Of a stretch of DNA of 64,000 nt, positions 28,350 through 37,480 are shown piece by piece. The position numbers and the translations under genes are program-made. How positions within the stretch are numbered: position 1 is the first letter of the stretch; each line of letters starts with the position of its first letter. Origin of the DNA: Candidatus Thorarchaeota archaeon (lineage in GTDB: Archaea; Asgardarchaeota; Thorarchaeia; Thorarchaeales; Thorarchaeaceae); the NCBI GenBank assembly GCA_011364985.1, contig RDOC01000004.1, positions 152,218 through 216,217 on the forward strand, written 5' to 3'. Below the pieces are notes generated by a model. That model was not told the origin of the DNA and ran no database searches. It was given only the letters and a program-made list of their open reading frames with translations.

Positions 28350-29963
28350 TTATGATTCCGTTTCTCGATGTTCATCAACAATCGTCATTTCCTGTGAGAA
28401 CTCCTCAGGATAGATGAATGCAGTAAGTCGTTCATGTAAACTCAAGAACCTCGAAGTGAGAGGCGCAAACATAGAAGTACGTTTCCTGATCCATCGTCCC
28501 GGAGCGGTCAAGTAATACCAGAAGTCACCTACTTGATTGACAAAGACATAGATAAGAAAGATCAGAAGCACATAGGCTAGATATACATTCCTAACGGGTA
28601 TCAGAATCATCAGACTAAACAGAATAGGGGCCCATATCATTGATACTGAGAAGCCAATATCACTTTCCATACTAGAAGCCATGCTTGCAGATGAGAAAAT
28701 TGAGAAGAAGGGCGCCATCAGTGTGAAATAATACTTGTATACGCCTCGCGGGCCCATCAGATTCACCCAGAGCATCATCAGCATTGTCAGAAAGAGAAGT
28801 CGACGAAGATAGACTTTGGTTTCACCCTCGCGCTTCGGTTCCAAGAACATTAAGCCAGCAAGCACAATGACGCCAAGAACGAGTAGAAATCCAGAGAAGA
28901 TGAGACTGTCAATAAGCTCTGCAAGAGTGGGCAGACTAGCCATCACTAGAAGAACCTGAAAGCGCATGGGACTTGAGTAAGGAGGTGGATTAGTAAATGA
29001 CTCAAGAGGAAATCCTCCCATCGCTAGCCGCAGATTTATCCATATTTCAACGGGTTGGGCAATGATGAAAGGAAACATGATCACACCGGCGAATATTATC
29101 ACAATAATGACACTAATGATAAATTGCCACAGATCAAGATATCTTCCTACTGCCTTTCGAAGCGCTTGAAGTCTTGGCATATCTTTGGACTGGGCGGAAC
29201 CTTCTTCGCTATCCCTTGACCTCATAAGCAGGAAGACCACGAGTGGTATGCCCAAGAACCATGCAGTCTGTTTGAATAGCGCTGCGGTAACAATAAGCAA
29301 TGTGCCTGTATGTCTTTTCCCCTTTGTGAGCATATAGAAGCCTGAGAAAAAGAAGAAGATGAACGGAGCAGGATTGGTCCAAAGGAACGTGGTGTGATAT
29401 AACACGTTTGGTGCAAGAAGATAGGTCAAGGCAGCAGCCTCACCAACGTGACGATTGCTAGATAGCTCATGCCCGATGCCGTAGACTGGAAGAGCAGTGA
29501 AATAACCGAATGAAGCAATTAGAAGCCCAATGCCCCAGTTATCCACAGGAATGAGGATACCAATTGCATAGAATATCGCCGTCAGAGGTGGAAAGATGTA
29601 GAGCCCATTATTGTTGGTAATGCCATCCATCTCGAGGTGACCAAACTCTGTGCTATATGGCAACACTCCATTCAGTATGTTGTGTCCCCAATGAACGTAG
29701 AAGAAGCTGTAATCGCTATAGCCTTCAAACTGATACTGAATCGTGAATCCGAAGATTTCAAAGGTGGCCGGGCTTAGTCCTCCAGTCCCAGCGCCCCCAA
29801 GCCAAACAGCCCTACTATTCCACCGATCCGTCGCAAGGTAGTCAACAAGAGCAGACTGAAATACATTCGCCCACACTATGGCGCCGATTATTAGCACTAT
29901 GATTAGGATGATGTACTCGTACAGAAATCTAACAACGCGCCGTTTCAGCTCTGCTTGGTCCAT
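28350..29963 (-). CDS. GT-C fold membrane glycosyltransferase, paralogue of the downstream gene
   Basis: EGYSD, YIFPPL, NPAPF, AALFKQTAWF, PRGVYKYY shared with 26794..28338; likely start MDQAEL. Confidence 0.7.
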   Translation of the reverse strand: MDQAELKRRVVRFLYEYIILIIVLIIGAIVWANVFQSALVDYLATDRWNSRAVWLGGAGTGGLSPATFEIFGFTIQYQFEGYSDYSFFYVHWGHNILNGVLPYSTEFGHLEMDGITNNNGLYIFPPLTAIFYAIGILIPVDNWGIGLLIASFGYFTALPVYGIGHELSSNRHVGEAAALTYLLAPNVLYHTTFLWTNPAPFIFFFFSGFYMLTKGKRHTGTLLIVTAALFKQTAWFLGIPLVVFLLMRSRDSEEGSAQSKDMPRLQALRKAVGRYLDLWQFIISVIIVIIFAGVIMFPFIIAQPVEIWINLRLAMGGFPLESFTNPPPYSSPMRFQVLLVMASLPTLAELIDSLIFSGFLLVLGVIVLAGLMFLEPKREGETKVYLRRLLFLTMLMMLWVNLMGPRGVYKYYFTLMAPFFSIFSSASMASSMESDIGFSVSMIWAPILFSLMILIPVRNVYLAYVLLIFLIYVFVNQVGDFWYYLTAPGRWIRKRTSMFAPLTSRFLSLHERLTAFIYPEEFSQEMTIVDEHRETES

Positions 29964-30029
29964 GCTGTGCGAATTCTTGACATACCCCTTAATATGTGTC
30001 CTCATGAGTGTTATCAGCAATCAGAGCTT

Positions 30030-32099
30030 CTAGCCATTTCCAGAAATTGCTGCATTACTTGTTGAACCTGCTTTTGTGACTTCTATAACTGGTACTCCTT
30101 CCCAGCCCTGTACATCAGTATGCGTGATTAGGAAGATTTGTTCGAAGCTCTGATCATCAACCAAATTCTGAACCACAGCCGTCCTTCTATTCTTGTCGAG
30201 CCCACCCAATGGTTCGTCAAGAAGAACACAACGTACGCGTGGAGAAATAGCAGGGCTGTCCTTTAGTGGGCGTATACTGCTCATCGTGCGGCTTATACCT
30301 AAACGAAGACCAAGACTAATAGCTGTTCTGTCACCGAAGCTTAACTGGTTGGTTTTCTTGTTTGCCTTGTCGCGATCGTCCCAAATCTTTAGAACAAGTC
30401 CAGGCCCCGCCCGGCCTCTTGCCGGGGTCGGTTCAAGATCTATGGCTGTGTACTGGTTATTGGTGAAGGAGCGGACATACTTGTTCGAAGCAGTCCGAAT
30501 GATGCCAATGAGGCGCTTCTGGAATACATAATCAGCGATGAAACCGCTGACAATCTTTCGACGCACGTATTTCGTATGTTCATCTATGGCCTTCAGAGAG
30601 GAAATTTCGGCCTCCATCCTTTTCATCTGCGTTTCCTTGCCTTCGTTCTTGACAATCTGCTCATTGGCATCATCAATTTCCTGACGCAGACGGTCACATT
30701 CGCTCTTAGAGGACTTGAGATTATTCTGCTGAACCAGTATTGAGTTTCGCAGCTCATTCAAATCATCAGCCTTGTGTTTCTTGAGCAGCTTTTCAATATC
30801 CGCGACCTCCATCTTGGCTAACACATCTGATAGGCGGCTTGCAGCCTCCTCAAGCCGCTTCTTTGCCTGGCTAACTTCCTTTTGGTGCTCTGCCACCCGT
30901 CCAATGGCATCAATGGTTCTTGCAATAAGTCGCTGTCGTTCTTCTATCGCCTTGATTTGTGCAGGAATGTTATTACGTCCTTTTCTGAGTTCTTCTAGTT
31001 CTGTGCTCTTTTCCTGGATTACTGCATCATATTCAGTAAGCATTTTTTGCATGTCCTCAGGATTCAACTCCCTGAAGCAAACAGGGCAAATGCTTTCATC
31101 CTGCACAGAGGCTCGGTTTGCCTCTGCTTCTTCAATCTGGCTCAAAAGCTGGCCTGCTGCTCTGTCTATTTTCGAGGCACTGCTCCTTGCCACCTCACGC
31201 TCGCTTTCGAGTTTCTTATCCTCTTTCTGCAGCGACTGCAGTTTTGCCCTTATTATTCGCTCATCAGCATCTACCAGACCGGCATCATGGATTTCTTTGT
31301 CGCGTCGTTCGACACTAAGAGTATGATCCCTTTCGAAAGATGTGATTTTTTGAAGAAGGTCGTAAGCGGCCTTTAGATCATCAGGGTTGGGCAGTGAAAC
31401 CAAAAGGCCTTCTGCTTTGGAAATCTCCTTCTCTTTCTCTTCCAATTCTGCTTCCAACTCTGCCACTCGAGCTTTCCCCGCGGCCACAAGTTCGCTTAGG
31501 ACATAAGGTTTAATGAATTCCTGATCAAGACTGGAAATCTTGGCAGAGAGCTCAGATTCAAGAGCCTGAAGATGGCCACCCATTTTATCAAGTAGGTCAA
31601 TATTGTAGACTGTCACCAACTGATTTCTCAAATCAGATGGCGATGCATGCGCGATTCTTGCCACTTCACCCTGTCTAACTAGGAGTGTGTTCAATGCTTG
31701 TCCTAATTCTAAATTCAATATCCCTTCAAGTGCGGTATCAACCGTCTTACTCTTGTCAGCCATTCTCTTCCAAGTATTGCCCTTTTCCACATACAGGATA
31801 ACTGCCATCTTGTTTGCAGGGTCATATGACCGGTCAATCTTGTACCTTGTTCCAGCCACCTCAAATTCCAAAACAACCCTACAAAATGATGAGGCAAAGC
31901 TAATCAGTTCATCATTTGTCAGTCCTACGGCGTTTGCACCCCATAATGCCCAAAGAATGGCCTCGAACAATGAAGACTTCCCTGTCGAATTCGGACCGCG
32001 GATAAGGATTAACCCATTGGGCAAGTCCTCATCATTGCTGGGAAGATTTAGGTCTCGAAACGGCTTGAAGTTCTTGAGTTCTATGCGCAAGAGCTTCAT
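30030..32099 (-). CDS. rad50: Rad50/SbcC SMC-like ATPase
   Basis: LKNFK, GPNSTGKSS, Q-loop VRQGE, CPVC zinc hook, signature LSFGD, LLDEP, ITH. Confidence 0.9.
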   Translation of the reverse strand: MKLLRIELKNFKPFRDLNLPSNDEDLPNGLILIRGPNSTGKSSLFEAILWALWGANAVGLTNDELISFASSFCRVVLEFEVAGTRYKIDRSYDPANKMAVILYVEKGNTWKRMADKSKTVDTALEGILNLELGQALNTLLVRQGEVARIAHASPSDLRNQLVTVYNIDLLDKMGGHLQALESELSAKISSLDQEFIKPYVLSELVAAGKARVAELEAELEEKEKEISKAEGLLVSLPNPDDLKAAYDLLQKITSFERDHTLSVERRDKEIHDAGLVDADERIIRAKLQSLQKEDKKLESEREVARSSASKIDRAAGQLLSQIEEAEANRASVQDESICPVCFRELNPEDMQKMLTEYDAVIQEKSTELEELRKGRNNIPAQIKAIEERQRLIARTIDAIGRVAEHQKEVSQAKKRLEEAASRLSDVLAKMEVADIEKLLKKHKADDLNELRNSILVQQNNLKSSKSECDRLRQEIDDANEQIVKNEGKETQMKRMEAEISSLKAIDEHTKYVRRKIVSGFIADYVFQKRLIGIIRTASNKYVRSFTNNQYTAIDLEPTPARGRAGPGLVLKIWDDRDKANKKTNQLSFGDRTAISLGLRLGISRTMSSIRPLKDSPAISPRVRCVLLDEPLGGLDKNRRTAVVQNLVDDQSFEQIFLITHTDVQGWEGVPVIEVTKAGSTSNAAISGNG

Positions 32100-33403
32100 G
32101 AATCGCCCTCCAAAAAGCTGTCTATGGTGAGCTTCTCATCAGGCCCACCAACTGCAAGCTTCAATGCCCTCACTGCAACTTTGGTAAGCAGCTCAGTGTC
32201 AAATTTCTCATCTATTGCAACAGAGTCCAAGTATTCTCTAAAGTCATTTTCAGGATCTTCAATTAGATATTCTGACTCAATCTCAGGATAGGCAGCCGCG
32301 TCGAGATCCACCTCCTTTTGATGCATTGCCCAAACAAACTGGGAAATGTTATAGTCTGAGTCACGACCGAGCAGGCTAATTCTCAATCCTTCCAATGCAA
32401 CAGCCAACTCAATTCCTCCGATTCGCGAAGACTGTCCTTGAAAAGTCAGACGGATTCTGGCCGCCGTTGACGGATTCCAGGGAATCTTCAACGACTTATC
32501 ACCGATATACTTCTCAACCTTTCCGATGAGTGATTCTACGGTGTCATCTTGGACAACCTCAATCTTATCACTGTAAACCGGCCTTGAGAATTCCAAGTGG
32601 AATGGTTGTATCTTAGGTTTTTTTCCGACTTCTACTTCCACCAAGAGGAAGCCCTTCTTGTGCTTCTGTTCATCAAATCGCCATCTCTCAGGAGACCCGG
32701 CATACCACGCATGGTCACTCAGTTTGTGCTGATGGTGGTCGTGTCCTAAGGCAATGTAGTCGTACCCCATGCTAAAGATAGGAGTGGGAAGAGACCTATC
32801 TAGGTCCATGCCATGGGCTACAGCAATCGAGGTCCTCTTTGGTGTGGGATTTTGTGCTGTGGAGATCCAGTCATTGAAATCAGTAACAAGATCGGATGAT
32901 TCTAACACATGATAGTCCATGAAGGGAAAGCAGAAGACATCGAAATCATCAAACTCAAAAATGAGGGGCTCCTTGTTGGCAAACGACCGTTTCAGGTCAA
33001 CTTGCGTTGCCACGCGAAGTTCGGGTATCGTCATTCTCAGATAATCAAGCAGTGACACGTCTCTATTCCGATAGAGTCCATGATTTCCCTCAATAATGAG
33101 AACAGGAATTCCAGTGTGCTTGATGAAGTCATGGATGACTCTCCAGGCAGTTTCCTGAGCCACCACGGGAGGCTGCTGAGGGTTGTTCTCCCAAGGAGAA
33201 TCATAAAGGTCTCCTGAGTGAACTACCAAGTCAACCGCCGGTTCAAGCTCTGCAATTGTGGCAAAGATCTCCTCAAATCGCTCATAGAAATCATGCTCAA
33301 GAAGATGGCTCCGCATCTCCTCGCCCCAGACGTTCTGTTTTACACCACGTCTAGGTCTTGCACCCAAGTGCGTATCGGAAATGTGAGCAATTCTTGTTGG
33401 CAT
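32096..33403 (-). CDS. mre11: Mre11/SbcD nuclease
   Basis: HISDTHLG, SGDLYD, EGNH, DYIALGHDH, YAGSPE. Confidence 0.9.
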   Translation of the reverse strand: MPTRIAHISDTHLGARPRRGVKQNVWGEEMRSHLLEHDFYERFEEIFATIAELEPAVDLVVHSGDLYDSPWENNPQQPPVVAQETAWRVIHDFIKHTGIPVLIIEGNHGLYRNRDVSLLDYLRMTIPELRVATQVDLKRSFANKEPLIFEFDDFDVFCFPFMDYHVLESSDLVTDFNDWISTAQNPTPKRTSIAVAHGMDLDRSLPTPIFSMGYDYIALGHDHHQHKLSDHAWYAGSPERWRFDEQKHKKGFLLVEVEVGKKPKIQPFHLEFSRPVYSDKIEVVQDDTVESLIGKVEKYIGDKSLKIPWNPSTAARIRLTFQGQSSRIGGIELAVALEGLRISLLGRDSDYNISQFVWAMHQKEVDLDAAAYPEIESEYLIEDPENDFREYLDSVAIDEKFDTELLTKVAVRALKLAVGGPDEKLTIDSFLEGDS

Positions 33404-33413
33404 TACTAATTCC

Positions 33414-35183
33414 TCATAGCTCGTGCTTTTTGGTACTTCCAGTCTTTTTACCCTTGTAGTCGTTCATGTCCTTTTCAAAGACGCTGTCAAAGAGAGGAAT
33501 TCTGACCGAGAGAGGGAGCTCTCGGTAGGATGCTGTGACAATACATTCGCCTCTTGACATGACTCGGAATTCATTCTCAAATCCCGAGATGTTCACACTT
33601 GCGTTTTCTATGCAAGCTCTAATCTCTCGCTCATTACCAAGGCGAAGATTGATTTCGGTGTTCATCTGACTAAGAATCACATTATCTAGGACACTAACCT
33701 GCTGGCTTACTACTAGCAAGCCAATATTGAACTTTCGACCTTGCCTAGAGATGTCTTTGAAGACCGACTGGCCTCTCATTAATTCGGGATTGAGGATTGA
33801 TGGAGCCTCCTCTACAGTGACGAGGATCACTGGTAGATTTCGGGGGTCACGAACAGGCAGGTCGTCTGTAATGCCGCCAATGCCATAGAAGGACTTGGCC
33901 TGTGTCTTGACTCGGCTAAAGAATTGACTTGGGAGTCGCATATACCCCTGTCTCTCAAAATCGCCCAGAGTTCCGCTGCTCTTCAACGCGCGCCTCATAT
34001 CTGACAGGGTTCGGGTGACGATGGTTGTCAGTAGGAATTGCTCCATGTCACTCATGAGACTGGTATTGACTACAAGAATTCGTCCTGATTCCATGGCGTG
34101 AAAGATGTCATCCAAGATAGAGCTGCACCTCTTCTCGAAGATGGGTGATCGCTCTAGCAAGCCGAGTCTCCGCTTGACTGCATTTAGAGTGCCGCTAGGT
34201 GTTCCTGCTGGGTCATCTGTCATATCCAGTATATTCTCAATCCAGTCCTCTCGATGCTGACTATACTGAGTATCGATGAAGGACGACATCTGTGGTGTAA
34301 ATTCCATAATCGAATACAAATCACGTGGTTGGATTTCATTCCATTGAACACGAATCTCCCTAGCATATCTTTTAACTTCGCGTGGAGTGGCCTTCTTATG
34401 AGTTGTCAAATAGTAGAAATCACCCACGACCTCTTTACGTGTTTTATCGTCCATGGTTTCTACTATTGATTGGATTCCATACTTGTCCACGCCTTTCGCA
34501 AACTCATCATGTGGGTCAATACAAAAGGCAGACAAAGTAAGACGCTTGTCATCGGATACGCCTGTGAGGCCCATGTTTGAGTCGATAATTGATTTTATCA
34601 GGACCATCATCAGATTGCTCTTTCCCGATCCAGTGGACCCGAATATGCCTACGTGCATGGGTAGAAATTCTGAAGGTATCAATACAGGTACATCCAAGGT
34701 ATCTTCACCGACTTGGAGGTCTCCAATGTAGATGTGACCATCAGTCTGGGTGGCAAGCATGGTCCTGATCTGTTCATCAGAGATGCCAGGCATGGGACGA
34801 TAAACAGACGCAAGATGGTCAGGAAGACGTCTAGGAGACATGAACGTCCATTTCCCATTCGTTTGCTGGGCGTACCCCAACATCTTGCCATTCACGGAGA
34901 GGAGCATGTTTCGCTCAATACCTGAAAGGTAGGCATCACCTTCAACCATGAGAGTTCCAGCTACTCCCCCGATGTCGTCGACATGGCGGAGGTAATTCTC
35001 TAGGCCAAGGACACGGAAGAAGAACACTCGTTCCGTTCCGTCCCGCTGGGAGTAAATCACAAAGATTTCACCAACGCTGATGTCACGGTTGCGGCCCATG
35101 ATACCAAGCATTGTCTGATTTCCCATGCCAACCTTTCCGTAAAGCTCACCTAATTTATCACGGTCAAGTACCATCGTTTCCAT
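33414..35183 (-). CDS. herA: HerA-family ATPase/helicase
   Basis: N-terminal HAS-barrel region, HVGIFGSTGSGKSN, DPHDE, VEEA, RQGRKF..LLVVSQ. Confidence 0.9.
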   Translation of the reverse strand: METMVLDRDKLGELYGKVGMGNQTMLGIMGRNRDISVGEIFVIYSQRDGTERVFFFRVLGLENYLRHVDDIGGVAGTLMVEGDAYLSGIERNMLLSVNGKMLGYAQQTNGKWTFMSPRRLPDHLASVYRPMPGISDEQIRTMLATQTDGHIYIGDLQVGEDTLDVPVLIPSEFLPMHVGIFGSTGSGKSNLMMVLIKSIIDSNMGLTGVSDDKRLTLSAFCIDPHDEFAKGVDKYGIQSIVETMDDKTRKEVVGDFYYLTTHKKATPREVKRYAREIRVQWNEIQPRDLYSIMEFTPQMSSFIDTQYSQHREDWIENILDMTDDPAGTPSGTLNAVKRRLGLLERSPIFEKRCSSILDDIFHAMESGRILVVNTSLMSDMEQFLLTTIVTRTLSDMRRALKSSGTLGDFERQGYMRLPSQFFSRVKTQAKSFYGIGGITDDLPVRDPRNLPVILVTVEEAPSILNPELMRGQSVFKDISRQGRKFNIGLLVVSQQVSVLDNVILSQMNTEINLRLGNEREIRACIENASVNISGFENEFRVMSRGECIVTASYRELPLSVRIPLFDSVFEKDMNDYKGKKTGSTKKHEL

Positions 35184-35190
35184 CTCCGGA

Positions 35191-36483
35191 CTATAGATTA
35201 TAATCGACTCTCATTGGTTCTATCTTTCTGTCAACCAGCCCCAATTCTCTTCGGACATCTTTGCTGATATCTCGGGCAAGTCGAAGGTCTTCATAACTTA
35301 GCTTACAAGACTCATGTGCAAGTGCGAGAGCCACCGGGTAGCCATACCATCTTGCATCTCTTGACATGAATTCGAGGTCCCTGAAAAGAGCTTTCTCATT
35401 CTGTCGTGTTGCTATTGGATCATTTGGGACAAAGACGTTCTCTAGCCACCAGATTCGATCAAAGTCAATTCGTGATGGTCTATTCTCTTGGGAGAAGCTG
35501 AAAAGGTAGGGAACAGCCAATTCGGGAGGAATATAGGTGCGGTCCTCGATAATGTGCAGTCCGCCGCCAGGATCATCCTCGCAGGGAAGATGGCAGAACC
35601 ACTTCGCATCTTCTCCAAAGAGGTCTTGTGCCGTCTTTGCAATGCGATGTGCAAAAGGAATTGTGTGGTTCTTGCTCACTGCACACAGTATCACACCCTC
35701 TCTTCTGGCCAGTTCCGCCAAGTCACGAAGCATGAATCCACTTGGCATAGAAGGGTATTTTCTGGCAAAGTGCATGAAGACCGACAATGCTCCATCAAGG
35801 AGAAGATACTTGGGTCTCAAATCGCTGGTCAGGACGTTGCGTGCAGCTGCATATTCGGACACTTTTCGTAGCTCATCATGAACGACAGGGTTTGTCAGCA
35901 TCTGAGCCCTGGTGATTAGGGTTTCCATATCAGTGAGTTCCGGAACGTACTCCTCATATATAGTCCCTGTGAAATCTGACTTCGAAGAGACGATACCGTC
36001 TGTATGATCTCTGAAAAAGGGCATGACTATATCCACAACATCTTTCAAAGGATAGATGTTCTCCAGGGTTTCCGCCAGTTTATTCCGGGCATCATTACGC
36101 ACTCCAGAATGCCAGTGAGCGTCAAGATGTGGTTGAGAACCTAGCTGTTGCATTATAGTTATTGTAGAGAGGGGTTCAAAGAAGCAACCATCGCGTGACT
36201 TAGAATCAAGTACTACCGTCGCAGTACTCAGCAGATGAACGCGAATATCGTCTAACATCATGAAATTGTCAGTGCCAGAACCATCAATAGCAGCAACTAG
36301 GAAGTCATCATCAAGTAAGACGTCAGGAGGATAGAGATCAATTGTGTCAAGCAGTCGCTCCTTTATTCTTACTTCATCCTCTGAGAACTTCTCCTCGTCC
36401 ATACGATCCTGCTGATTGGTTATATCAGCAAAGAGCAGCTTGAGAGTATCTCGGAACTTTGTCGTAAGGATTCTTTCTAACAT
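35191..36483 (-). CDS. nurA: NurA nuclease
   Basis: AIDGS, LLLDGAL, VSK, GYPVALALAHE; likely start MLERIL after GAGGGG. Confidence 0.85.
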   Translation of the reverse strand: MLERILTTKFRDTLKLLFADITNQQDRMDEEKFSEDEVRIKERLLDTIDLYPPDVLLDDDFLVAAIDGSGTDNFMMLDDIRVHLLSTATVVLDSKSRDGCFFEPLSTITIMQQLGSQPHLDAHWHSGVRNDARNKLAETLENIYPLKDVVDIVMPFFRDHTDGIVSSKSDFTGTIYEEYVPELTDMETLITRAQMLTNPVVHDELRKVSEYAAARNVLTSDLRPKYLLLDGALSVFMHFARKYPSMPSGFMLRDLAELARREGVILCAVSKNHTIPFAHRIAKTAQDLFGEDAKWFCHLPCEDDPGGGLHIIEDRTYIPPELAVPYLFSFSQENRPSRIDFDRIWWLENVFVPNDPIATRQNEKALFRDLEFMSRDARWYGYPVALALAHESCKLSYEDLRLARDISKDVRRELGLVDRKIEPMRVDYNL

Positions 36484-36727
36484 ATGACCCCTCTCGTCAA
36501 GACAGATGGTATACAGAATGTATCCTCTTCGAAAGTCGTTGTTGCTGAAATCATAAAAAGGTAACACTCGATATTCGGGAGAGATCACTGTTCTAGACAG
36601 AAGATGTTTCCCTTTGACGGGTTTTCGTCGTCCCGCGCAAATTTCCTTTTAAGGAACCACATTAACGATTCTTTGCCGCAAGTATCCTGACCTAGCGACG
36701 ACCAGCGGAAAATAGGGAAGTGATTCA

Positions 36728-37423
36728 TTGCTCACAATCACATACTTTGGTAAGACATCGTTTATGCTTGAATCAAAAGAGGCTTCTGTGCTAATCAACC
36801 CGGGTATTTGGGAAGGAACTCCAATCGTCTCTGATGACCAAGCTTGCCAAATGATTATCGCAACCAATCATGACGATGATGCAATGGGCAACTCAGTTGA
36901 AATTGCAGCCAACTCAAAGGCATGGATTCTGGGCAATGAGCCAACCATCGAGAAAGCTCGTGAACAAGGAGGTAAACCATGGCTCTTACATGTGCTACAG
37001 CCCGAGATTCCATACGAGATTCCTGGGATGAAGGTTACACCCTTTCCCTTGAAGAAAGGAAGACCTGAGTCTAGCGAAGTGATCGAGAATCTTGGCATCT
37101 ATGTAGAAATGGGCTCAATGAAAGCTACCTACCTTGGAGACGCCTCAATTCGAGGACCCTTCGGCCAAATGGAATCCAATATCCTAATAGTGCCTATTGG
37201 CGGAGATGGGGTCTTCGACATTAAGGATGCGGTATCGTTGACTCTGGATGTCAAGCCTCAAATTGCTGTCCCAATGAGATGGAGTTCCGATGAGCAGACC
37301 AAGAAATACTCGAAGTATATCGATCAGTTTGGTCATGGTATAGCACCAGTCACTATGGAAATAGGGCAAAGAATGGAGGTCCAATGGGCTGCAGGTAATG
37401 AATTCCGTTTCGAGCTCTCTTGA
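36728..37423 (+). CDS. Metallo-beta-lactamase-fold protein (UPF0173-like) with degenerate metal motif
   Basis: ITYFG, LINP, ATNHDDDA in place of THxHxDH, YLGD, VPIGG, AVPM. Confidence 0.75.
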   Translation: MLTITYFGKTSFMLESKEASVLINPGIWEGTPIVSDDQACQMIIATNHDDDAMGNSVEIAANSKAWILGNEPTIEKAREQGGKPWLLHVLQPEIPYEIPGMKVTPFPLKKGRPESSEVIENLGIYVEMGSMKATYLGDASIRGPFGQMESNILIVPIGGDGVFDIKDAVSLTLDVKPQIAVPMRWSSDEQTKKYSKYIDQFGHGIAPVTMEIGQRMEVQWAAGNEFRFELS

Positions 37424-37480
37424 ATTGCGCCATGTCACCGTCAGGAAAATCACCCGGGAGGGTGAATACTTAGCAAATGG

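Noticed and set aside
30772-32130. Ser-rich plus-strand ORFs of 184 and 147 aa
   Set aside because: Antisense shadows of rad50
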